A DNA stretch of 46,802 nt from a virus. Position numbers and translations under genes: made by a program. A model generated the notes under the pieces. The model ran no database searches, was not told the origin of the DNA, and worked only from the letters and a program-made list of their open reading frames with translations. The stretch is taken from IMG/VR virus record IMGVR_UViG_3300039323_000029. One strand, given 5' to 3'. Shown piece by piece: positions 25,025 through 33,545 of the stretch (positions are counted from its first letter, which is position 1; every line of letters starts with the position of its first letter).

Positions 25025-25792
25025 TTACTCACCATACTGGGCGATAATCTCCGACAGGTTGTCACACAGGGCGGTGCAGGCAGAAGCAGTGATGTTGGTG
25101 AAGCCATCGGTCTTGAGGGCAATCTGCTGTACAAAGTCCTCCTGGGCTTCGTCCTTATCCATCAGTTCCTTGCACAGGGACTTGAGGGAAGCAATCTGTT
25201 CTTCACTGGCAGCGCCATCAGCGGAAGTCAGTTCTTCCTTTGCCTGCTTACGCTCCGCAGCGGTAGCCGGGGCTTTCTTCTTACCTTTCTTTTCGGACTT
25301 TGCAGGAGCGGCAGCTTCGGCAGCGGCGGCTTCCTCCTGGAACTCATTGTTGTCATCGGTGCTGTCATCGGAACCCAGGTTTGCGTCCACATCATCAGGC
25401 TCCGTAATATCCAGCACAGCCATCCACAGGTAGCGGCGCAGATAGGTGATGGAAGAACCAAGCGCCTGCATGGGGTTGGTAACCTCCTTACCCTGATTGC
25501 TCACAATGGGCTTGACCTCACGATAGGGAACGGTGAAGGTCATAGGGGCTTCCTCAATGTTATCAGCGTTGAACACGCTCATAACCGCCTTGTCATCGGT
25601 GAACTCAATGTTGGTAGTCAGGCCAACACGGGCGAAAATGCGGATTGCCGGGGGAACAATATCCTCCAACTCAAAATACTTGAACTCAAGGTGCATATTC
25701 TTACCAGACTTCTGTACCTTCTGGTTCAGGAAGTACAGACGTGCCTTTGCCAACTTCTGGCGCACGTTCATGGTTTCATAGATATTAGCCAT
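25025..25792 (-). CDS. erf: ERF-family single-strand annealing protein
   Basis: MQALGSSITYLRRYLWMAVL block; acidic/Ala-rich linker. Confidence 0.85.
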   Translation of the reverse strand: MANIYETMNVRQKLAKARLYFLNQKVQKSGKNMHLEFKYFELEDIVPPAIRIFARVGLTTNIEFTDDKAVMSVFNADNIEEAPMTFTVPYREVKPIVSNQGKEVTNPMQALGSSITYLRRYLWMAVLDITEPDDVDANLGSDDSTDDNNEFQEEAAAAEAAAPAKSEKKGKKKAPATAAERKQAKEELTSADGAASEEQIASLKSLCKELMDKDEAQEDFVQQIALKTDGFTNITASACTALCDNLSEIIAQYGE

Positions 25793-25806
25793 TGCTATTT
25801 CCTCCT

Positions 25807-26322
25807 TTACTCTACGATGTTCCAGTCATCGGTCAGCATATCAGTCTGGGAAGCCAGCCAACCGACAACGAACTTGTTATCAGCGGTCTTGAGTACAATG
25901 GACTGCCCGGTCAGGTCACCTTCCATATCCTGTACGCAGGACAGGTCTGCGGGAGTGCTGAACTCAATGTCATCAGCCAGGAACAGGAACATACCCTTTC
26001 CATTCCATCCCTCACGGGCAACCTTCTTGCCCTCCTTGATATAGTCCAGCGCAACGCTGAAAGAGAAGTTGGGAACAGGAACCGCAGTAGAGTCAATGGC
26101 CTGCTGGCCGTTTTCCTCTACAACCTCCCAGTCACCCTTCATTACCCACATCAGGTCACGGGGGAACAGACGGTTGGTAGGAACGTCCTGTTCAGCAGAC
26201 GTATCCTCAAAGTGGTTCATCAGCACACCTTCCTGGTTCATATACCAGTAGGCGTTCTTCCAACCCACCAGCTTGATTTTCTTGCCCTCATGCAGGGCGT
26301 TTTCAACAGCAGCGAAAGTCAT
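25807..26322 (-). CDS. Tandem DUF2829 (Tad2-like) protein
   Basis: The C-terminal half FSFSVALDYIKEGKKVAREGWNGKGMFLFL...VVGWLASQTDMLTDDWNIVE matches the DUF2829 signature. The N-terminal half (FAAVENALHEGKKIKLVGW...GDWEVVE) is a degenerate second copy. Confidence 0.7.
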   Translation of the reverse strand: MTFAAVENALHEGKKIKLVGWKNAYWYMNQEGVLMNHFEDTSAEQDVPTNRLFPRDLMWVMKGDWEVVEENGQQAIDSTAVPVPNFSFSVALDYIKEGKKVAREGWNGKGMFLFLADDIEFSTPADLSCVQDMEGDLTGQSIVLKTADNKFVVGWLASQTDMLTDDWNIVE

Positions 26323-26336
26323 ATTACATATCCTCC

Positions 26337-28310
26337 TTAATCGAATAGTGCCAGGGATTTCTTCTTGAGTGAGTTAATCCTTCTGGTGTTCTTCCGGGGC
26401 GGCTTCACACCCAGGAAGTCGTTGATATACTTCTGTGCCAGCTTGAGATACCATTTGCGGTCTACAACCTCAATGGGAAGCTGGTTGTTATTATCCACCA
26501 CGCAATGGGTGGGGAGTCCGGCCACCTTTGCCGGATTGCCTGTAACGGCATGGGTTTTGTAGAGAGTGCCATAACTGCGGTCAGCAGTGGCGTAGACCCG
26601 GTTTACCTTCTGGACGGGAATTTCCTGGTCACCAACCATGTGATAAACACCAGAGTATTTACCGCCAACCTTCGCTATCACCTGAAAGTCAAGGATACTG
26701 GTGCAGTCCTCAATGGTTTTCTCCGGGGGTGTACCGTCTACAAAGTAGTCACGGATTGCCCTTGCAACCACCACGGCGTTGTTGTTGATGTTGAAAGCGC
26801 CGCCAGTCATGTTGTCCCAGGGCGGTAGCCCCATTGTAGTGAAGTCGATATTGCCGTTGGTCAGGATACCACGGACAAGCTGTCCACCCTTCACCTTCGG
26901 CTTACCGCCACCAACGGGGACTTCAACGTAGTTGTTCACGTCCTTCTGGACGATTTTCTGGATGAAATCTTCTTCCAGTTCAAACCCTGTCCTGTCCTGC
27001 CATTCCTGGGTAATCTCCTGCCACTTCGCTTCATCGGAGTTATCAAAACTCACCATGATACCATCCGTATTAAGCTGGATGATTTTGAGGGTAGGACACT
27101 CACGGGTTAGGTGAACGGAGAGTTCCAGTAGAAGAAGCTGTCCAGTGATACACACGCTTCTACCCATCAGGGGGTCATACAGGTCATTGTAGGCCACACC
27201 GTTCCGGCCATTGAGCATTGTACCGTAGGTAGTGTTCAGTACCAGCTTGAGTGCGTTAGCTGTATCCTTATCGCCTGCTTTCTTTGCCTTGACTCTATCT
27301 TCAAGGGTCTGGACAAAGACCTGCGGGGACGGGATATTCCTGCTGCAAAAGCCGTACTGTCTACCTTCGGACAGCGGTATGGTCATCAAGTGCGGATAGT
27401 AGGACGCAACGTCCTTGTTACGAATGGAACGGTCATCCGTGGCAACCTCCACATAGTTAGGAATTGCGCCGTGGATACCTCCATAGGCCAGAGTGATGAT
27501 ACAATCGCCAAGCCGGACTTCAAGGCTTGCGCCCTTTACCTTCTTGCCGTGTTCATCGTAACCACCGAACAGGTCAATGTTGGGGATTGTAGGGTCATGG
27601 AGTCTGTCAAAGAAGTCAAAGACTTCCTGCGGTATGTATTCCCGCAGCAGCTTGTCAGGGTACTCATAATCCCGTTCATCCGTCCAGGGTTTTTTAGGCT
27701 TGACTGCGTTCAGGTACACAGAGGTCAGTTTAGCGTTGGTCATGTACATGGCCTTGCGTTCATCCAACCCCCGGACTCTGCCCAGCGTGGCCTTGTTCTT
27801 GAGGTAGTTTTGTCGCAGCTTGTAGAGAAGTTCCGTAGCGTCCACGTCATACTTACAGTATTTGATGGTCTGCTCCAACTCCGTTGCGGTCAGCTTACGG
27901 GTGATGTTGAAGTCCACTTCGGTTTCCTCAATGGGGATACCCAGGTGTGCTTCAATGCCTTTCAGGGATATGCCATCTTGACAGTCATCCATCAGGTCAA
28001 AGCTATGGAAGAACACCTTGTAGTCACGTAAGTACGGAATGTCCCAGCCGTCAATTTCCTCTACAATGATGAGGTCATTGACCTGCTTTACGGTTTCTGG
28101 GTCTGCGCCAATCATAACGGCCTTGAGTATGTGGTTATCGTAGTGCTTGTTGTTGAAGCCACCCAGGTAAGGTTCCTGCTCCATGAACGCCAGCACTGCG
28201 TCATTGTCGTTATGAATTACCGTATATCTCCCGGTTGCTACCTCTTTGAACACAAACAGCCAATCGTGGGCGAATACCTCACAGTCGAAAATGTAAGTGT
28301 TCGGAACCAA
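26337..28310 (-). CDS. Family B DNA polymerase with 3'-5' exonuclease
   Basis: Exo I FDCEV, Exo II NNKHYDNHIL, Exo III YCKYDVDAT. Pol A DVASYYPHLM, Pol B KLVLNTTYG, Pol C LNTDGI. Start ambiguous (TTG 28310 with a GGGAGG RBS, or TTG 28331). Confidence 0.9.
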   Translation of the reverse strand: MVPNTYIFDCEVFAHDWLFVFKEVATGRYTVIHNDNDAVLAFMEQEPYLGGFNNKHYDNHILKAVMIGADPETVKQVNDLIIVEEIDGWDIPYLRDYKVFFHSFDLMDDCQDGISLKGIEAHLGIPIEETEVDFNITRKLTATELEQTIKYCKYDVDATELLYKLRQNYLKNKATLGRVRGLDERKAMYMTNAKLTSVYLNAVKPKKPWTDERDYEYPDKLLREYIPQEVFDFFDRLHDPTIPNIDLFGGYDEHGKKVKGASLEVRLGDCIITLAYGGIHGAIPNYVEVATDDRSIRNKDVASYYPHLMTIPLSEGRQYGFCSRNIPSPQVFVQTLEDRVKAKKAGDKDTANALKLVLNTTYGTMLNGRNGVAYNDLYDPLMGRSVCITGQLLLLELSVHLTRECPTLKIIQLNTDGIMVSFDNSDEAKWQEITQEWQDRTGFELEEDFIQKIVQKDVNNYVEVPVGGGKPKVKGGQLVRGILTNGNIDFTTMGLPPWDNMTGGAFNINNNAVVVARAIRDYFVDGTPPEKTIEDCTSILDFQVIAKVGGKYSGVYHMVGDQEIPVQKVNRVYATADRSYGTLYKTHAVTGNPAKVAGLPTHCVVDNNNQLPIEVVDRKWYLKLAQKYINDFLGVKPPRKNTRRINSLKKKSLALFD

Positions 28311-28314
28311 TAGG

Positions 28315-29430
28315 TTACCTCCCTTCCTCAAGGATTTTCAGGGAGTTCAGTATCAGGTCGGCAACTTTGCGCTTCGGATACACCGCCCTGAATAGGTGTT
28401 CCAGCATTTTCACAGGGATGGAGTTGCCAGCCATCTTGTAAATCTGGGTTTTGGAAATGCCGTTGTTCATCAGCAGTTCCACGTCAGCGTCAGTGAAGCC
28501 CATCAACCTGAAATACTCCGTAGGAGTCAGTTTGCGGTAACGCTCACCATCGTAAACTTTCACCTCACGTCCCCCCCCTGATACGGTTTTCAAGGTTGGG
28601 CATAGGCCGTCTGGTGAGTAAACCCGGTTCATCTGGTCGTTTCCGTAGTGCTGCAAGTCGGCAATTTGCTTAATTACCACCTTGCACTTCACCACCTTCG
28701 GGTCTTTGTAGTCCCTGGACAGGAGCGTGGGGCATATCCCCCCCCTGTCACCGATATGGCCGGGGTGCGCAGCGTTGTGGGTAATGACGCTTTGGGTTTT
28801 ATCTTCGGATAGATAGAATTGTTCAGGTACTTCATCATCCAGATAGTCACCCATGCAGGTTGTCAGCGGCACGGTAGCGGGGAAGCTAAACTTCCCATCG
28901 TCCACGTCCTTGCGAATTGATACAATCAAGACCCGCTCACGGCTCTGCGGAAGTTCGTAGTCAGCGCAGTTCATAACCTGCCAGTAATTGTTGTAGCCAG
29001 CTTCTTCAAGGCTTTTCAACACAAGGCCAAAGACAGGCTTCATGCTCTTGCTGGTCAAATGCTTCACGTTTTCCGCAATCGCAATTTTGGGACGGGTAGC
29101 TTCTATAATGCGGAGTGCGTCAAAGAACAGGCCGCTTCGGGTTTTCTTACCTTCACTATCCACCAGTCCTTTCTTTTCTCCGGCAATAGAAATGTCTTGA
29201 CACGGGAACCCGTAGGTTATGAGGTCAAGGTTGCGGGGTAACCGGGTTTCATCAATCTTTGTAATGTCACCGTAGTTCATGCTTTCCGGGACTTCGTGGA
29301 GAAGGGCGTATGCTTTACTTGCATACTTGTCAATCTCACAATAGCCAACCAGATTGTAGGCAATCCCCACATTTTCCAGCGCCCTTTCAAAGGCTCCTAT
29401 GCCGCTGAACAGCGATAACACGTTCAGCAT
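28315..29430 (-). CDS. DNA (cytosine-5)-methyltransferase
   Basis: Motifs I LFSGIGAFE, IV GFPCQDIS, VI ENV, VIII QSRERV, X GNSIPV. Confidence 0.92.
   Translation of the reverse strand: MLNVLSLFSGIGAFERALENVGIAYNLVGYCEIDKYASKAYALLHEVPESMNYGDITKIDETRLPRNLDLITYGFPCQDISIAGEKKGLVDSEGKKTRSGLFFDALRIIEATRPKIAIAENVKHLTSKSMKPVFGLVLKSLEEAGYNNYWQVMNCADYELPQSRERVLIVSIRKDVDDGKFSFPATVPLTTCMGDYLDDEVPEQFYLSEDKTQSVITHNAAHPGHIGDRGGICPTLLSRDYKDPKVVKCKVVIKQIADLQHYGNDQMNRVYSPDGLCPTLKTVSGGGREVKVYDGERYRKLTPTEYFRLMGFTDADVELLMNNGISKTQIYKMAGNSIPVKMLEHLFRAVYPKRKVADLILNSLKILEEGR
28571..28578 (-). repeat. G8 homopolymer (C8 on the plus strand) inside the methyltransferase gene
   Basis: cacgtCCCCCCCCTGATAcgg; encodes SGGG. 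Confidence 0.95.
28738..28745 (-). repeat. G8 homopolymer inside the methyltransferase gene
   Basis: atatCCCCCCCCTGtcacc; encodes RGG. Confidence 0.95.
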
Positions 29431-30358
29431 TAAGTACCTCCTTCTTCAATCATTTTCCAGCGGAACCGTCTGTCCGTTGGAACCAACCCCTTATCCTCAA
29501 ACTGGAAGCGCCTATCAAAATCGTGGACTGTTCGTCCATCGGAATGAAACGACACCGGGGAGTCCAAGTCCCACTTCATAAGAAGCGCCCAGAGGTCAGG
29601 GTAGTTCTTTCGGAGTTGCCGTAACTGGTCAACTCCCTGGTTGTGGCAAAACCAGCAGCCGCCACGGGTTGCAGTGGTGTATATGGGTGATAACAGGTCA
29701 TTTTCTTCACACCATTTCCAAGCGTCCGCTTCTGTCCAGCCGATTTCAGCCAGGGGTGACTTCTTAGTCACGCCGTCACAGCGTTCCAGGCGTTTAGGCT
29801 CGTCAATGGCAATCCCCAAATACTCCACCACAGTATGTTTATCAGTCCCCTGCGGGGTGGGACTTTCGGAAAAGACTTCATGGCTCTCCGCAGCGCAGCC
29901 ATCTTTAGGTCGGAGTTGCACCAGTTTCCCTTCCTCATGGGAAAGCCGTAAATCCTGCCCTGTCTGGCCGGAATTGCCTTGTAGAATATCTTTTCGTAAG
30001 TCAATATTGCTTCCGTATTTAAGGTGCTTGCACCACCCGCCGATGGTGAGAGGGAAGCCTTTGATGGTTCCTGGGAATTTTCCGGTCTGCAAGATACCGT
30101 AAAACCGTCTTTCGTAGGTGTCCTGTTCCCCCCCCTGATAGCGGAAATGTGTTCCACTTCAATACCCCATCGTTCCTTAATGATAGCGTCAGCTTTTCGC
30201 TTGAACTCCACCATTGGAGGAAGGTCAGCAGAAATTTCACAGGTTGCCCAGATTTCTGCGTGGACGATACGGTCAAGAGGCCAACCCAGTTTTTCAATGG
30301 CTCCCAGGCAAGCAAGGCTGTCTTTACCGTAACTTAGGAACAGTATGTGTTCGGTCAT
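29430..30358 (-). CDS. PAPS-reductase-family PP-loop protein, split into two overlapping frames at a G8 tract (ORF A 30358->29768, ORF B 30092->29430)
   Basis: N-terminus LFLSYGKDSLA (SGGKDS-type PP-loop). C-terminus GCWFCHNQ...YPDLW typical of phage PAPS-reductase-like proteins. A -1 shift at 30128-30135 joins them. Confidence 0.7.
30128..30135 (-). repeat. G8 homopolymer at the frame junction of the PAPS-reductase-like gene
   Basis: ctgttCCCCCCCCTGATAgcgg. The 0-frame reads ATC AGG GGG GGG AAC; the -1 frame continues GAA CAG GAC ACC TAC. Confidence 0.95.
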
Positions 30359-30963
30359 TTCTTTCCTCCCTCCTGGAGGTTCTTGAACTCCTGAAGAAGT
30401 GCGGCCAGTTCGGGGTCTTTTTCGGACAGCAGTTCGTAGATAGCTGTCTGCTGCAACTGCTGAACCTTCACGTCCATCTTGCGCTTGAGTTCAGCCAATT
30501 TGCGGGCTTTCTCACGGCGTTCCTCATAGGCGGTCATATCCACCTTACAGATGACTTCCCGGCCACAGTGAACTTCGTCCTGTCTGCCATCTTCCAGAGA
30601 AACAACCTTTGCCAGACCCAGGCCGTGGTGACCCGTTTTGACCACTACGGTATCGCCTACCTGAATGGTAGTGTCGTAGAGTGCGTACATATACTTCTTG
30701 CCGTTCTCACCAGCGTCAAGAAACTGTACGCCTACCACAATGAAATCGTCCTGCATTACGTAATCCTCACTTTCGGTTATTTGAATTTCGCTGGGCTTGA
30801 ACCAGAACACCCCGTATTGACTGCTTTTGTTAGTGAAGTTATCTAACTTCACACCCACCGTGTTTTCATAGACACGCAGGACAGTCCCGGCTTCACTGGT
30901 GTATTTGCCCTTATAGCTTGCATACGGGAGAATAGTCACCCGTGCATTGATGGAAACTTCCAT
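30355..30963 (-). CDS. Hypothetical protein with C-terminal coiled coil (202 aa)
   Basis: ATG 30963 preceded by GGGAGG. The track start 30981 would run into the VR2 hairpin. Confidence 0.55.
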   Translation of the reverse strand: MEVSINARVTILPYASYKGKYTSEAGTVLRVYENTVGVKLDNFTNKSSQYGVFWFKPSEIQITESEDYVMQDDFIVVGVQFLDAGENGKKYMYALYDTTIQVGDTVVVKTGHHGLGLAKVVSLEDGRQDEVHCGREVICKVDMTAYEERREKARKLAELKRKMDVKVQQLQQTAIYELLSEKDPELAALLQEFKNLQEGGKK

Positions 30964-30978
30964 GCGTACCTCCCACTT

Positions 30979-30999
30979 CACACCCCATAAAGGGGTGTG
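30979..30999 (-). promoter_or_regulatory. GC hairpin 12 nt downstream of VR2 (DGR target-recognition-type structure)
   Basis: CACACCCC-ataaa-GGGGTGTG. Confidence 0.6.
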
Positions 31000-31002
31000 A
31001 TT

Positions 31003-31569
31003 TTAGATTTTGAAAGCGGGACGCACACCGGGAGCGTAGGAAGCGTAGTAGTAGGTCGCAAAGCCGTCGTCGTCGACATTGGCAAAAAGCGCAGCGGAAC
31101 CCTCCACCTTGTTCTGCAACCAGTACCATTCCCACGTCCCGGTCTTGCTTCCCTGGAACGCAATGCGGTTGCGGCGGTCTTTCATAGGCTCCCACTGTTC
31201 TACGTCATCCGGCTCCTTCTCACCGTAGGGGTTGTAGCCGAAAATCTCACGCTCCGTGGGCAGGCGCAGCAGGTCACCGCTCTCAAAAGCCACCATCTTC
31301 TCACGGATTTCAGCCGGGAAGCGGTCAAGGATTTCAGTGTTGAGCGCCTTACGCAGTGCGCAGGACTTGTACCCTCCACGGTTGGAACTGGTACGGTTCA
31401 TGGAATACTCCTTACGCAGGCAGTCCACCAGAACGAAAATCATGCCGTCCTGCTCCTGCTTTACGGCCAGGGCTTCCACTTCTTCGCCGTCATTGAGGGT
31501 GAAGGTGATAACGTCACCCACGCAGTAGTGACCATCGGCCACTGCTTCGATAGTTCTAAACAACTTCAT
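31003..31569 (-). CDS. Second (remote) DGR target protein, 188 aa, with C-terminal variable ligand-binding (CLec/DUF1566-like) region
   Basis: Last 29 codons are VR2. C-terminus WEWYWLQNKVEGSAALFANVDDDGFATYYYASYAPGVRPAFKI parallels the VR1 target WFWLRDVVSAARFAYVGDSGNANSNSASLAAGVRPAFSIIG. Confidence 0.8.
   Translation of the reverse strand: MKLFRTIEAVADGHYCVGDVITFTLNDGEEVEALAVKQEQDGMIFVLVDCLRKEYSMNRTSSNRGGYKSCALRKALNTEILDRFPAEIREKMVAFESGDLLRLPTEREIFGYNPYGEKEPDDVEQWEPMKDRRNRIAFQGSKTGTWEWYWLQNKVEGSAALFANVDDDGFATYYYASYAPGVRPAFKI
31012..31098 (-). repeat. DGR variable repeat VR2
   Basis: 87-nt alignment to TR: 15 mismatches, 14 at TR adenines (coding strand) and 1 at position 79. Confidence 0.85.
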
Positions 31570-31588
31570 TACTTAGTCCTCCATATTC

Positions 31589-32971
31589 TTATTCAATGAT
31601 TTTGCAGCCACACTTACGGTAGCTGGTGCAGCGCTGCTTGAATGACTTGAGTAGAGAACGGATATTGTCTACGTAGTCATAAACAATAGGTTGCTGCTTG
31701 TCCTTAAAGGTTCTTGCCACCCGGCCTACACTCTGTACAATGACTGCGTAGTCCTTTTGAGGGGTGGTCAGGAAAAGGCGGTCAAGTCTGGGAATATCCA
31801 GTCCTTCCTTCGCCAGGGCGTAGGTTGCGAACAGATACCGTTTCCGGCCAGTACGCATATCCTCAATGGCCTGCTCCCTCTCTGCTTTCTTTGCCTTGCT
31901 GGTCATCGTTCCATCAATGACCGCAGCCTGGGCTTTCAGCGCCGGGGGAAGCATGGAGTAGAGTTCTTTCAGGTGACCCACTCTTTCGGAGAGAACCAGA
32001 TTGTAATGGTCACGGCTCTCCATCAGGTCATCCAGAATGAACTTATTGCGGGCTTCCAGTTCGGTGAGGTAAGAAATCAACTTAGCGTAGTTGACTGTAC
32101 CGTCACTGTTCAGGAAGCTGGCACTCATGCCCACGCCTGTACCTTTCGGGTGAACGTGAACGGTCATCACTCTGGACTTGACCGCTTCGTCCGGGACTGT
32201 CCAAACCACTTCACCAATCATGGCGTATGTGGCCTTGATAAGGCCGTCTGCCCGGTGTACCGTTGCCGATAGACCGTATTTGTGCCTTGCCCGCAGGGAG
32301 TTGAGTACCTTGCTGAACTGGGTTACCGCCGTGGGTGTGCCGCTTACACGGTGACATTCATCCACAATAATGCAGTCCCATTCATCCCTATACTGTTCCA
32401 GGTCAACCTTGCACATCGTCTGGACAGTGGCAAAGGTCATTGACTGGCCTATGTCCACCTTACCTTCGGTGATAGTGCCAAGCAGGTCAGGGTTTATGTA
32501 CTGCGCTGCTCTGGCCTTACTCTGGGTCAGCAGGTCTTTTGTGTGCGTCAACCACAGGGTCTTGACTCCCAGTGCAGCGGCCAGTGCAATTCCCATCTGG
32601 GTTTTACCACTGCCTGCGGGGGATTGCAGGATACCGTAGTGGTTGATAAGCATTGCGGCCACCGCTTCTTCCTGATACTCATACAGCGGGACAGTCCCGC
32701 CAAAGTCTACCTTGACTGGTTTGCGGTACAGTTTCTTCCAATCTCCTTCCAGGAGAGGGAGGATAGACCGTAGACAGCCAAACGGAAGAATGAGGTCATT
32801 GCCGTTCATGCTGTAAAGAAAGAGTTGCTTCGGGGTGTCACCCACCCACAGGTGCATACGTACCTTTTTTTGATAGTCCGGGTTGACCAGTACCAGATTG
32901 CTTTTGCACCAGTCCATAATCTCTTGTGACGGGTCTGTGATTTTGATGGTGCTACCGATTTCCGTCAACAT
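31589..32971 (-). CDS. SF2 DEAD/DEAH-type helicase
   Basis: Motif I QSPAGSGKT, II VDECH, VI QSVGRVAR. Start at ATG 32971 (GGAGG RBS, ATGTTGA overlap). Confidence 0.85.
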   Translation of the reverse strand: MLTEIGSTIKITDPSQEIMDWCKSNLVLVNPDYQKKVRMHLWVGDTPKQLFLYSMNGNDLILPFGCLRSILPLLEGDWKKLYRKPVKVDFGGTVPLYEYQEEAVAAMLINHYGILQSPAGSGKTQMGIALAAALGVKTLWLTHTKDLLTQSKARAAQYINPDLLGTITEGKVDIGQSMTFATVQTMCKVDLEQYRDEWDCIIVDECHRVSGTPTAVTQFSKVLNSLRARHKYGLSATVHRADGLIKATYAMIGEVVWTVPDEAVKSRVMTVHVHPKGTGVGMSASFLNSDGTVNYAKLISYLTELEARNKFILDDLMESRDHYNLVLSERVGHLKELYSMLPPALKAQAAVIDGTMTSKAKKAEREQAIEDMRTGRKRYLFATYALAKEGLDIPRLDRLFLTTPQKDYAVIVQSVGRVARTFKDKQQPIVYDYVDNIRSLLKSFKQRCTSYRKCGCKIIE

Positions 32972-33390
32972 CCCGCTTCCTCCATGAGGTAAATCCACTG
33001 TGAGAAGGACGGATACGTGCGTATGTCATCCTCCGACAGGCTCTTAACCCCGTGCAGTTCCAGCATGGTCAGTTCATCAAATGGCACCATGTAGATTTCA
33101 CCGTCATTCAATCTCATGGCAAAAGCGCAGTAGGCGTTACCACGTGCTTCCCAGAGGGTCATAGCCCCTTCCTGGTTGCACTCAATACGGGAGAGAGGGA
33201 AGCGATTGTTCTCACAATCCTTGCAGTCAATGAGAACCGCAATGTTGCTCTTCGCCGCAATCACGTCTGCGGGTTGCCCAGTCTGGTTCTGTGCCAGGTT
33301 GTGCGCCCACCAGCCACATTCAGCCAGAAGGTCACATAGGTCATTCTCAAAACGAGTGCCAACCGTCCTATTTACGGTTGATGACTTCAT
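32965..33390 (-). CDS. Holliday junction resolvase-like PD-(D/E)xK nuclease (Hjc/RecU type)
   Basis: GTRFENDLCDLL...ADVIAAK..IAVLIDCKD pattern. Start moved to ATG 33390. Confidence 0.55.
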   Translation of the reverse strand: MKSSTVNRTVGTRFENDLCDLLAECGWWAHNLAQNQTGQPADVIAAKSNIAVLIDCKDCENNRFPLSRIECNQEGAMTLWEARGNAYCAFAMRLNDGEIYMVPFDELTMLELHGVKSLSEDDIRTYPSFSQWIYLMEEAGC

Positions 33391-33400
33391 ACCATAACAC

Positions 33401-33544
33401 CTACCTCCATTCGTAGTCCTTGCCGTATTTCTTCTTGTACCATTCCTCAAAGCGCTTCCTGTTTTCTTCGTCCTGGAAGTATGCTTCAACCTTACGGGCA
33501 AGGATGGTACAGAAGGGCGTTTCTTCCAGAAGCACAGTCAGCAT
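33401..33544 (-). CDS. Hypothetical small protein (47 aa)
   Basis: MLTVLLEETPFCTILARKVEAYFQDEENRKRFEEWYKKKYGKDYEWR; fills the gap between its neighbours. Confidence 0.35.
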   Translation of the reverse strand: MLTVLLEETPFCTILARKVEAYFQDEENRKRFEEWYKKKYGKDYEWR

Positions 33545-33545
33545 T

